From an uncultured Gemmatimonadota bacterium (GTDB lineage Bacteria; GCA-2686955), in the NCBI GenBank assembly GCA_964490075.1, contig CAZBBK010000006.1:111000-130999 (forward strand): a stretch of 20,000 nucleotides of DNA. Direction: 5' to 3'. The position numbers were made by a program, and so were the translations under genes. Shown piece by piece: positions 10,001 through 17,447 of the stretch (within the stretch, counting starts at the first letter, position 1; the number at the start of each line of letters is the position of its first letter). The notes under the pieces were generated by a model. That model searched no databases and was not told the DNA's origin. It worked only from the letters and a program-made list of their open reading frames with translations.

Positions 10001-10095
10001 TCGAGGGCGCGCAGCAGGATCTTCTGGCTGGTCCGGGCGGCGACGCGGGCAAGCAGGGAAGGGGGAGCAAGGGGCGTGGAGGTTGGGGCGGACAC
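6982..10095 (-). CDS. SNF2-family helicase/ATPase with two SWIM zinc fingers and a C-terminal HEPN-like helical domain
   Basis: SWIM motifs CACPFDWEPICKH and CTCPDFQVNMLGTCKH. Helicase motifs LYPYQVEG, LLADDMGLGKT, LILDEAQRIKN, LTGTPLEN, KVVVFSEW, STDAGGVGLNLQ, FNPARLDQRIARVHRLGQ. C-terminal helical region ARALFRNAHRKLAAARALVGAG..EA....ESLETALRA. Confidence 0.93.
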   Translation of the reverse strand: MSAPTSTPLAPPSLLARVAARTSQKILLRALDLVDRQRVRALRVDTDRIDARVLGSGERPYAVTLRFAGDELEVECACPFDWEPICKHAAAAALAASDEQAVEALAERLGGAEETDADRAPPAGDRGAGRWGSYLAVREHEIEVRLERGRKEEPRIRRLEGGMVFGRFRVAGEQGAADYEVQIRDLRVPANRCTCPDFQVNMLGTCKHIEAVLQRARARAPHKFDKLARMRLDQARVVVRRDDHPRVALLASGHPSPEERRIADRFFDAAGVLAADPRQSIPAMQAICRGSNLVTVDDDVLAFLEQVERDDRARQRDEQVRREISAAGARLRGFRGQLYPYQVEGAAFLAGRGSALLADDMGLGKTVQAIAAALHLRSRDEVERVLLVCPASLKHQWEQEIRRFSGAEPCVVWGAPKVRRGLYRRQAPFTIVNYELVIRDLELVRALDPDLLILDEAQRIKNWRTKTATRVKQIPAQHVFVLTGTPLENRLDDLYSLMQAVEPRILGPLWAFNQRFFKPAEGRGSGRGKPRGIGHRNLDELRRRLRPVVLRRTRDAVLTQLPERIENRFYVELTAPMREFHDEAVQLAAMIAARAEKRPLTPSEEKQLFAAIQRARMACNSAWLVDNDNKDSPKLDELTRIFDDLAAESGRKVVVFSEWERMIRLAADRARELELGYELLCGAVPSAKRGALLDRFRSDPDCRILFSTDAGGVGLNLQCADTVVNLELPFNPARLDQRIARVHRLGQKRPVHVLLLIAERSIESGIERVLVRKKELFHEVLAAGASAREIDSAPGVLRAVRPMLEAMASDSWRDDETRPGVADGAQEVPVGDAGLGGAGIGDEVGDEARVDGGPSAGDGEREGAGHALVGTTPRVRSAPKLERQAEAPDPDRDDAARALFRNAHRKLAAARALVGAGIPAEAFGRVRESLETALRAVAAGLAEPGSEQLPATRLLHEVLVPKGLVSFEGAGFLASAVEVERAYGASDAEPPAALVEQILERAEALLADLPDGPRAAGGLSARRGARFDTSRTESTSV

Positions 10096-10176
10096 GAGCG
10101 GCTCCTGCGGGGGCGGTGGGCGGATAGCAGGATCCTACAACGCGACACGCGGGAGAGCGCGAGCGGCGGTCCTTCC

Positions 10177-10563
10177 TCACCCGCCCTGGTAGATCTGAAT
10201 CAGGTTGCCGCAGCCGTCGTCGAACATCGCCACCGTGGTGTCTCCGGCCGGGCTCGGCTCGACGCGGAAGTCGACGCCGGCGGCCTCGAGGCGATCGAAC
10301 TCCGCCGCGACATCGTCCACCTCGAAAGAGGCGAGAGGGATGCCGGCGTCGAAGAGGGCCCGCTGGTAGGTGGCCGCGGCCGGATTGACGTTGGGCTCCA
10401 ACACCAATTGGGTGCCCTCGGGCTCGTCGGCCGAAACCACGGTCAGCCAGCGGAACTTCCCGACCGGCAGGTCGACCTTCTTCACGAATCCGAGCAGCTC
10501 GGTGTAGAAACGCAGGGCGCGCTCTTGATCGGCGACCAACACACTGTTCAACTTGATTCTCAT
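10177..10563 (-). CDS. VOC family (glyoxalase/bleomycin resistance) protein
   Basis: MRIKLNSVLVADQERALRFYTELLGF...RWLTVVS...LVLEP...FEVDDV...FDDGCGNLIQI. ATG at 10563 with GGAG upstream. Confidence 0.93.
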   Translation of the reverse strand: MRIKLNSVLVADQERALRFYTELLGFVKKVDLPVGKFRWLTVVSADEPEGTQLVLEPNVNPAAATYQRALFDAGIPLASFEVDDVAAEFDRLEAAGVDFRVEPSPAGDTTVAMFDDGCGNLIQIYQGG

Positions 10564-10614
10564 CGTGTTCTTCTCCGGGGGGGCAACGGCAGCCGCGCGC
10601 AGAGACGATCGATC

Positions 10615-11673
10615 ATGGCCAAGCACACGACCGAGCTCAGCGGAGACTTCCTGGCGGGACGCAAGGATCTTACTCGCTGGTTGCGACATCCGGGGGTGCG
10701 GCGCGCCGGCCGGCGGCTGCTGGCGCGGCCCGCGCTGCGCCGTATCTACGCACGGATCCCCTGGCAGCGGGTGGTTCCCTTCCCGGTGGTCGTCGCCGTG
10801 GAGCTGACCAATCACTGCAACCTGCGCTGCCCCATGTGCTACCGCTTCCACGCCCGGACCCGCCCGCTGGGGCACATGGACTTCGCCCTCTTCGAGCGGA
10901 TCATCGCCGAGCTGGCGGCCGCCCCGGCCTGTGCCGTGGTCCTGACCGGATTCGGCGAGCCCTTGCTGCATCCCGAGTTCGAGCGCTGCCTGGCGCACGC
11001 CTCGGGGAAGGGTCTGCGCGAGCTGGTGATCATCACCAACGCCACCCTGCTCAGCGCGGAGAAGACCGCCGCGATCCTCGACGCCGACCTCGGCGCGCTG
11101 CACGTGAGCGTCGACGGCAACAGCTCCGACACCTACAACCGCTCCCGCGTCGGCGCCGAGTTCGAGGCCACGATGGCCAACATCCAGCACTTCCTGGAGG
11201 AGCGCGAGCGGCGCCGGCTGGGGCGCCCGGCGGTGGTGCTCCGGAGCGTGCTCGAGCGCGACAACGAGCACGAGCTCGACGCTTTGAAGAGGCGCTGGGA
11301 AGCGATGCTGCGGCCCACCGACGAGATCCAGATTCAACCGGTGATCCACCTGCCAGAGCGCCGGGCCGACGCGCGGAGCAAGCCGGCGGTCGAGCGCCGC
11401 GCGCGTCCCACCGGACCCTACCCCGCCTGTCCGGTGCTGCGGCGGCGGCTGGGAATCGGCTGGGACGGGGAGTACGCCTTCTGCTGCGCGGCCGATCTGC
11501 GCAGCGACCTGCATACCGGCTTCTACTTTCCCGATCTATCGATCGAAAAGGCCTGGCGACACGAGACCATCGACGCCGTCCGCCGTCTCCACGCTCTGGG
11601 CCGCAAGGACCTGGTGGCAGCCTGCCAGGGCTGCGAGCTCGGATCGGGATTCGAGGTCGAGGCGCCGAGCTGA
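10615..11673 (+). CDS. Radical SAM protein with SPASM/twitch domain
   Basis: ELTNHCNLRCPMC (CxxxCxxC), GFGEPLLHP, IITNATLL, VSVDG, C-terminal CPVL...IGWDGEYAFCC...W...CQGC. Start at ATG 10615 is inferred. Divergent from the VOC gene with 51 bp between the starts. Confidence 0.9.
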   Translation: MAKHTTELSGDFLAGRKDLTRWLRHPGVRRAGRRLLARPALRRIYARIPWQRVVPFPVVVAVELTNHCNLRCPMCYRFHARTRPLGHMDFALFERIIAELAAAPACAVVLTGFGEPLLHPEFERCLAHASGKGLRELVIITNATLLSAEKTAAILDADLGALHVSVDGNSSDTYNRSRVGAEFEATMANIQHFLEERERRRLGRPAVVLRSVLERDNEHELDALKRRWEAMLRPTDEIQIQPVIHLPERRADARSKPAVERRARPTGPYPACPVLRRRLGIGWDGEYAFCCAADLRSDLHTGFYFPDLSIEKAWRHETIDAVRRLHALGRKDLVAACQGCELGSGFEVEAPS

Positions 11674-11753
11674 GCGCCGATGGCGCTTACACTGGCCAGG
11701 GGCGCCACGACGGCCGCTGATCCCGCGCCCGTCCCGAACCTCGGAAAACGAAC

Positions 11754-13655
11754 ATGCAAAGACCCGTCTTCGCCGCCCTCGGCATCACCCTCGGCATCAC
11801 CCTCGGCGGCGGCGCCGCGGCCGCCGCCGACCCCGCGGTTGCCGCCGCGGCACGCGCCCGCGGCCTGGATCCCGCCCGCCTGGCCACCCAGCACCGGGTG
11901 AGCGTCGACCTGCCCCTGACCGGACTGCGCTTCGAACGCGCCAAGGTGCGGAACCTCGGCACCCAGCGACTGCTCGACGTGGCCTGGGACGAAAGCGGCT
12001 CGCCGGTCGACGCCGAGGCCCTGCTGCGCGCCGAGCGCGACGCGCGCATCGCGCTGCGCGGCAGGATGAGCGACGCACTGGCCGATCGCGTGGCGGCGGC
12101 CGCCCCCGGCGAGCGGCTGCAGGTGGCGCTCTGGCTGCGCGCCGACCCGATCTCCGACGCACCGTCGAGCGCCGCGATGCGCGAATGGACCGCCGCTCGA
12201 GCCCATGACGAGCGCGCCTTTCGCATCGCCGAGCTGCGGACGGTCGCCGAGGATGCACAACGCGGCATCGACGCCCGGATTCGCGGCGGCGGCGGCGAGC
12301 TGCGCTACGCCAGCACCCTGGCCCCGCTGATCTATGCCGAGCTGCCGGCGGCGGCGCTCGCCGAGCTGGCCCGCGACTCGGCGGTCGACTGGGTCTACGA
12401 CGCCTGGCACCAGGGCGCCGACGAACTGAACATCCAATCCTGCGCCGTCAACGTCGATCCCGAAGTCTGGGACTACGGCCTGACCGGCGCCGGGGTGATC
12501 GTCGCCCACGTCGAGGACAGCCGCGCCGACCGCGACAACATCTGCCTGGAGTGCGACGCCGGGGCCAACAAGCCGACCCACTCGAACGTCGACCAGCACT
12601 CCACCGCCTGCACCGGCATGATGGTCTCCGCCCACGCCACCTACAAGGGGATCGCCCACGGGGCCTGCTTCTACAGCGCCAATGGCGGCAGCTACAGCGA
12701 TTCCGACATGGCCGGGGCGATCGACGCGGGCGCGGCCAACGCCGACCTGCAGAGCCACTCCTGGGGCACCGGCGGCACCGGCCAGCTCAACGAGCACGAC
12801 CGCCACCTCGACTACGTGATCCGCCATGCCCGCCACTTCGCCGACGACTCGGCCGGCAACACCGGCAACAGCAACTACCTGACCAGCCCGGGCAACGGCT
12901 TCAACATCTGCACGGTGGCCAACTTCGACGACGAGAACAGCTGCGACTGGGGCGACGATCATGTCTCCTCCACGTCGTCGGGCAAAGACCCGCTCTCGCC
13001 GCACAGCGACCGCGAGAAGCCCGAAGTGGCCGGCCCCGGGACCAATATCATCAGCCTGAAGCTGGCCAGCCCCGGAACCTGCCCCACCGGCTCGGTCGGC
13101 AGCGGCACCAGCTATTCGGCGCCGATCATCGGCGGCATCGCGGCGCTGGCCATGGAGGCCGACCCGGCCCTGATGCTCTGGCCCGAGGCGCTCAAGGCGC
13201 TGCTCATGGCGTCGGGGGTGCACAACCTGGAGGGCGATCGGCGGCTGAGCGAGCTCGACGGCACCGGTGGCGTCGACGGCTCGGTGGCGGCGACCTCGGC
13301 GGTGCTCGGTCGCTGGAAGGCGGGGATCCTGAGCGCGGCGAGCTTCGCGCCCGACTCCACCTTCGAGACCGATGTCGGCCACGTCGCAGCCGGCCAGCGC
13401 CTCAAGGTGGTGGTCTGCTGGGATTCCAACCCGGACGCCGGCTATGCCACCGACCCGCTGGAGGCCGACATCGATCTCGACCTGATCGATCCGGCCGGCG
13501 CGGTGGTCGCTTCGTCGAGCTCCTACGACAACAGCTACGAGGTGGTCGACCTGGACGTCGCCACGACGGGTCTCTACCGCGCCCGACTGAGCTTCCGCAC
13601 CTGGCTCGGCGACAGCGAGTACGTGGGCGGCGCCTTCACCGTGAGCGATCCTTGA
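11754..13655 (+). CDS. Secreted S8 subtilase (Glu-His-Ser type) with propeptide and C-terminal beta-sandwich domain
   Basis: Signal peptide MQRPVFAALGITLGITLGGGAAAAA. Motifs GAGVIVAHVEDS, DQHSTACTG, SAGNTG (oxyanion Asn), KPEVAGPG, GSGTSYSAP. C-terminal LKVVVCWD...DIDLDLIDP...SYDNSYEVV. Confidence 0.9.
   Translation: MQRPVFAALGITLGITLGGGAAAAADPAVAAAARARGLDPARLATQHRVSVDLPLTGLRFERAKVRNLGTQRLLDVAWDESGSPVDAEALLRAERDARIALRGRMSDALADRVAAAAPGERLQVALWLRADPISDAPSSAAMREWTAARAHDERAFRIAELRTVAEDAQRGIDARIRGGGGELRYASTLAPLIYAELPAAALAELARDSAVDWVYDAWHQGADELNIQSCAVNVDPEVWDYGLTGAGVIVAHVEDSRADRDNICLECDAGANKPTHSNVDQHSTACTGMMVSAHATYKGIAHGACFYSANGGSYSDSDMAGAIDAGAANADLQSHSWGTGGTGQLNEHDRHLDYVIRHARHFADDSAGNTGNSNYLTSPGNGFNICTVANFDDENSCDWGDDHVSSTSSGKDPLSPHSDREKPEVAGPGTNIISLKLASPGTCPTGSVGSGTSYSAPIIGGIAALAMEADPALMLWPEALKALLMASGVHNLEGDRRLSELDGTGGVDGSVAATSAVLGRWKAGILSAASFAPDSTFETDVGHVAAGQRLKVVVCWDSNPDAGYATDPLEADIDLDLIDPAGAVVASSSSYDNSYEVVDLDVATTGLYRARLSFRTWLGDSEYVGGAFTVSDP
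11776..11807 (+). repeat. 12-bp tandem repeat (CCCTCGGCATCA x ~2.7) in the signal peptide
   Basis: Units start at 11776, 11788 and 11800 (partial). Encodes LGIT-LGIT-LG. Confidence 0.8.
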
Positions 13656-13775
13656 TCCGGACCGGAGTGGCGGAATCACCGGAGCGGACCCATCCTTGCA
13701 TTTGACCTCGGTTGGGTCCGGGGTTGCTCTGTTCGCGTCAGTCGTTCGGGGCACCGGACGCTGGGGGGTCGAAAA

Positions 13776-15128
13776 ATGTCTGGATCGTTTCGTCGGTGGA
13801 CGCCGGCAAGGCCGGCTCGCCGGACGCGTCTCGTTGCGCTCATCGCCCTGGGGAGCGCCGTCCCCGCACTGGGCGAAGGACTGCTCGTCGAAGGGCTGGG
13901 AGAGGATTTCCAGCACAACTGGGACGGCATGGGGGTGCAGGCATTCTTCATCTCGTCGATCAACGGCGACGAGATTCCCGAGATCGTCACCGGCGCCCAT
14001 TGCAGCGACTGCCACGGCAGCAACTCCGGCAGCATCACGGTGTTCGACGGCGCTCCCGACGTTTTCGGCGTGCACCAGGTGCTGTGGCGGGTGAATGGGG
14101 ACTCGGCCGAGGATCAGCTCGGCGAGTCGGCGGATCACTGCGGCGATGTCGACGGCGACGGCTTCGACGACATCATCGTGGGCGCCCGCAACGACGATGT
14201 CGGTCTCGTCAACAACGGCAGCGTCGCCGTCCTGTCGGGGGTCGACGGCGCACGGATTCACACTTTCTACGGCACCGGCGAGGGAGGCCTGTTCGGCGCC
14301 TCGGTGGCGGGGGTGGGAGATATCACCGGGGATGGAGTCCCCGATTTCGCGGTCGGAGCGCCGACCGACCGCGGCGCGGGCTCGGTCAGCCTCTTCTCGG
14401 GCGGCGACGGATCGCTGATCGTCCGCTATGCCGGAATCGCGAAGTCGCGGCTCGGCGAGTCGGTGGCGGGCGCGGCCGACCTGAACGACGATGGTGTTCC
14501 CGAGATCTTGGTGGGCGCACCACGGGCCGAGAACAAAGCGGGACGGATCTACGTCCTCGACGGGCGGGCGGCGGGCACCGGCGCCCCGCGCGGCCAGGTG
14601 GCGCTCTACACCCGGCTCGGGCGAGAGAGGGAGCAGCTCGGCTACACCGTCGGCGCGGTCGGCGACCTGAACGGCGACGGCATCAACGACATCTCCGCGG
14701 GGGCGCCCGGCAACGACCTGGTGCGCTTCTACTCGGGCGTCGACGGAATCACCCTCTTCGCCGCCAAGGGGCGCGGCGCGGACGGAGGCAACGAAGGGCG
14801 GCTGGACGGTTTCGGCCACACCGCGGCCACTTCGGTGGGAGACGTGGACCACGACTCGGTGGAGGACTTCGTCATCGGCGTCCCCTTCTACGACGACACC
14901 GCCTTCGCCGCCACCGGCATCGCCTACGTCTACTCGGGCGCGACGGGCGGCGTGATCCGCACGCTGCAGCGTTTCCTCGACCAGGACGACTATTACGGCT
15001 CCGCGACCGACGGCGGCGGAGTCGACTTCAACGGCGACGGAACGCCCGACGTGCTGATCGGAATCGCCGGATACGGCGACAGGGCGGGGGGAACGGCCTA
15101 CGGAGCGCTGGTGGTCGAGCTTCTCTGA
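13776..15128 (+). CDS. Secreted FG-GAP repeat (integrin-alpha-like beta-propeller) protein
   Basis: Signal peptide RRTRLVALIALGSAVPALG. About seven repeats such as GDVDGDGFDDIIVGA, GDITGDGVPDFAVGAP, ADLNDDGVPEILVGAP, GDLNGDGINDISAGAP, VDFNGDGTPDVLIG. Confidence 0.92.
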   Translation: MSGSFRRWTPARPARRTRLVALIALGSAVPALGEGLLVEGLGEDFQHNWDGMGVQAFFISSINGDEIPEIVTGAHCSDCHGSNSGSITVFDGAPDVFGVHQVLWRVNGDSAEDQLGESADHCGDVDGDGFDDIIVGARNDDVGLVNNGSVAVLSGVDGARIHTFYGTGEGGLFGASVAGVGDITGDGVPDFAVGAPTDRGAGSVSLFSGGDGSLIVRYAGIAKSRLGESVAGAADLNDDGVPEILVGAPRAENKAGRIYVLDGRAAGTGAPRGQVALYTRLGREREQLGYTVGAVGDLNGDGINDISAGAPGNDLVRFYSGVDGITLFAAKGRGADGGNEGRLDGFGHTAATSVGDVDHDSVEDFVIGVPFYDDTAFAATGIAYVYSGATGGVIRTLQRFLDQDDYYGSATDGGGVDFNGDGTPDVLIGIAGYGDRAGGTAYGALVVELL

Positions 15129-15216
15129 TCGGCGGCGATTCCTCCTCCAGCAAAGCTCCTTTTGGGCCGATTCGCCGAGCAGGGTGTGTGGTCACGGACC
15201 ACCCGAGGCTGCAGGT

Positions 15217-15582
15217 TTGCCGAGAACCCCGCGTGCCGGCTTCACACTGATCGAGCTGATCGTGGTGATCGCCGTGATCGGGATCCTGGCGGTCTTCGCG
15301 CTGCCGCGCTACCAGGGGGTGGAGGATGAGGCCCAGGCGGCGGCCGAGGAGGGCATCACCGGGGCGGTGCGCGCCGGCATCATGACCTACCACGCCAACT
15401 ACGGCTTCTTCCCGCCCGACCTGGACGAAGCGGAGGACGGGGGCGCGTCGCCGGCCAACCTCTTCTTCGACGAGGTGCTGGAGTACGGGATCAGCGACAA
15501 CTGGGTCAAAGAGGGCACGACCTACGAGGGTCCGGCGGGCGGCAACTACACCTACGCCAGCGCCGACGGCTCGTTCAACTGA
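15217..15582 (+). CDS. Type IV pilin / T2SS pseudopilin (prepilin N-terminal cleavage/methylation domain)
   Basis: PRAG|FTLIELIVVIAVIGILAVFALPRY with E5 and P22. Start uncertain (TTG at 15217 after GAGG, or GTG at 15184). Confidence 0.92.
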   Translation: MPRTPRAGFTLIELIVVIAVIGILAVFALPRYQGVEDEAQAAAEEGITGAVRAGIMTYHANYGFFPPDLDEAEDGGASPANLFFDEVLEYGISDNWVKEGTTYEGPAGGNYTYASADGSFN

Positions 15583-15638
15583 GACCGCCGCGTGCCCCTG
15601 ATCCGCGCTATCGTAGAGTCCATCCCCCAGGAGGACCG

Positions 15639-16166
15639 GTGGACTTCACGATGCTCGGCAACGAGCTGCTGCAAAACCCGCACCTGGCGCGCGCGGTGCG
15701 CGCCGCGCTGCAATACGCCAGCGCCGATCCCTTCTCGCGCGACGACCGCCACTTGCGCGAGTTCGAGGAGGCGCTCGGCCAGTTCAAGGGGGTGCTCGAC
15801 TCCTACATCCGCCGCGCCCGGCTGAGCCCCGAGTGGGCTTGCGCCATGGATCATGCCCACCGCGTGCTCTCCGAGCTCTCGTCGCGTCATTCGGGACGGC
15901 TGCAGGCCGAGTCCTTCCTCGGCAATCTGCAGCGCATGGCGGGCGACCTGCAAGAGACGCTGCAGGAGGAGCTGGGCGCCGACGCCGAGCAGGTCGGAGA
16001 GATGCTCGAGCAGCTCCAGCGCCAGGGTCTGCCCGGCGGCGCGGGAGCGGCGGTCGGCGGCGCTGTGGAGACGATCGTCAACCTGATCTGGAGCTTCCTC
16101 TACGCCCTGGCGGTGATCGCGCCGCTCGAGACGATCCTGGGGGGGGCGGACACGGAGGAGAAGTAG
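15639..16166 (+). CDS. Hypothetical alpha-helical protein with a C-terminal hydrophobic segment
   Basis: GGAGG immediately upstream of GTG 15639, strong GC3 codon bias, C-terminal GAGAAVGGAVETIVNLIWSFLYALAVIAPL. Confidence 0.75.
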   Translation: MDFTMLGNELLQNPHLARAVRAALQYASADPFSRDDRHLREFEEALGQFKGVLDSYIRRARLSPEWACAMDHAHRVLSELSSRHSGRLQAESFLGNLQRMAGDLQETLQEELGADAEQVGEMLEQLQRQGLPGGAGAAVGGAVETIVNLIWSFLYALAVIAPLETILGGADTEEK

Positions 16167-16173
16167 GCGGGGA

Positions 16174-16637
16174 GCCGCGCCGACCTTCGCGCGCTGCATC
16201 GTCCGCGACAACGTAGGCAGGTCCGCCGCGGCCTTGAGCGCCGGAGACGGCAGCGCCCCGACCGTTGACCACACCTTCATCTTCGGCAATTCCAGCGACC
16301 GGACCGGTGCGGCCGTGCTTTGTGAGAATGCCGCACCCTTCTTCATCGGCTGCACGATCCGCCGCAACCGCAGCACCAGTTACAATGACGGAAGCGTGAT
16401 CGTCGTGGATGGCGATGAATCGAATGCACGTTTCCTCAACCGCGTCATCTGGTGCAACGTGAAGCGCTCGATCTCGGCCGAGTCCGGCGGCCTCGAGATC
16501 CACTACAGCGACGTCGAGGGCGGCTGGGAAGGCGAAGGCAACATCGACGAGGATCCACTCTTCTGCGACCCGATCCGCCCGGACCCGAGCGCCGACCTGG
16601 CCTTCGACTCGCCTTGCCTCGGAGCCGGCCTGGGCGG
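16174..16637 (+). repeat. 464-bp direct repeat, copy A (copy B at 19298-19761)
   Basis: Ungapped manual alignment gave 40 mismatches in 464 bp (~91% identity). Confidence 0.95.
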
Positions 16638-17418
16638 GTCAGGTCGCGCTGGAGAGCCTCACCTTGCTGCGCGGCCACAGCGATTACGATGGCGGAGCGA
16701 TCTGCTGCTCGAACGCCGCCGCACGGCTTCACCGAGTCCACGTTCTCGACGGCAGAGCGTCTTTCGCGGGAGGGGGGATCTTTGCGATCGATGCCGACCT
16801 GGTCCTGGAAGACGTGGTCATGAAGGCCAATGTGGCCCGGCATTCGTTTGTGGGCTCGCCGCGTGGCGGCGCGGTCGCGGCGGGATCTTCCGTGCTGGAG
16901 CTGCGCCGCGTGATCTTCGAGCGCAACCGCGCATCGGGGGGCTATTGGAGCGGTGAGGGCGGAGCAGTGAGCGCCAGCTGCGGGAGGCGCGATCAGCGCG
17001 TCGAGCGGTCCGATCGAGCTGCTCGATTCGGTGTTTCGCGCCAATCAGGCCCATACCGGCGGCGGGGCTGCCAGCCTCGACGGCGATTCCTGGTCGGCGG
17101 GAGTGAAAGGCCGCGTCTTCGCCGACAACTCCAGCAGCGGCGACGGCGGTGCGCTCGCTCTGTCCGGCGCCGACGTGACACTGGAGAATATCGTCGCTAC
17201 CGGCAACTACGCGCCCCGGCTCTCCCTGCATCGACAGCGGTGATCCAGCGCTGCAAGACGCGCTCTGGGACCGGCACCCCCTCTGGCCTCCCGGCTACGC
17301 CAACGGCGCGCACTCCGACATGGGCGCCTATGGCGGCCCTGAGAACCGGCGCTGGCTGGACAGCCCCGCGCTGCGGCGGCAAGAACTCGCGTCTCCGCGG
17401 CTTCTCACTTTGGAATAG
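16174..17418 (+). pseudogene. Start-less beta-helix gene remnant in four pieces joined by out-of-frame internal deletions
   Basis: Frame 1, 16174-16637: AAPTFARC...DPLFCD...SPCLGAG. Frame 2, ~16640-16980: VALESLTLLRGHSDYDGGAI...GGAVSAS. Frame 3, ~16983-17213: GGAISASSG...TGNYA. Frame 1, ~17215-17418: PGSPCIDSGDP...SDMGAYGGPEN...TAG. Confidence 0.8.
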
Positions 17419-17447
17419 TCCCGCCTGCCTTCCCACAGGAGTCCAAA

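Noticed and set aside
9334..10614. Long N-terminal extension of the radical SAM ORF (likewise 10564-11514 for VOC, 3800-4498 for SpoIID, 4753-5058 for DUF4922)
   Set aside because: These overlap real genes. Domain motifs, RBS or stop-start overlaps point to the shorter starts.
13656..13775. Riboswitch upstream of the FG-GAP gene (CGGACCCA...TGGGTCCG stem at 13685-13720)
   Set aside because: A single short GC-rich stem with no riboswitch consensus I recognise; likely by chance at this GC content.
11523..14852. 1109-aa minus-strand ORF and other long overlapping ORFs (6898-9330, 4905-6491, 505-1932, 2630-3856, 18749-19975)
   Set aside because: Antisense shadows of well-supported genes in high-GC DNA, with no recognisable motifs.
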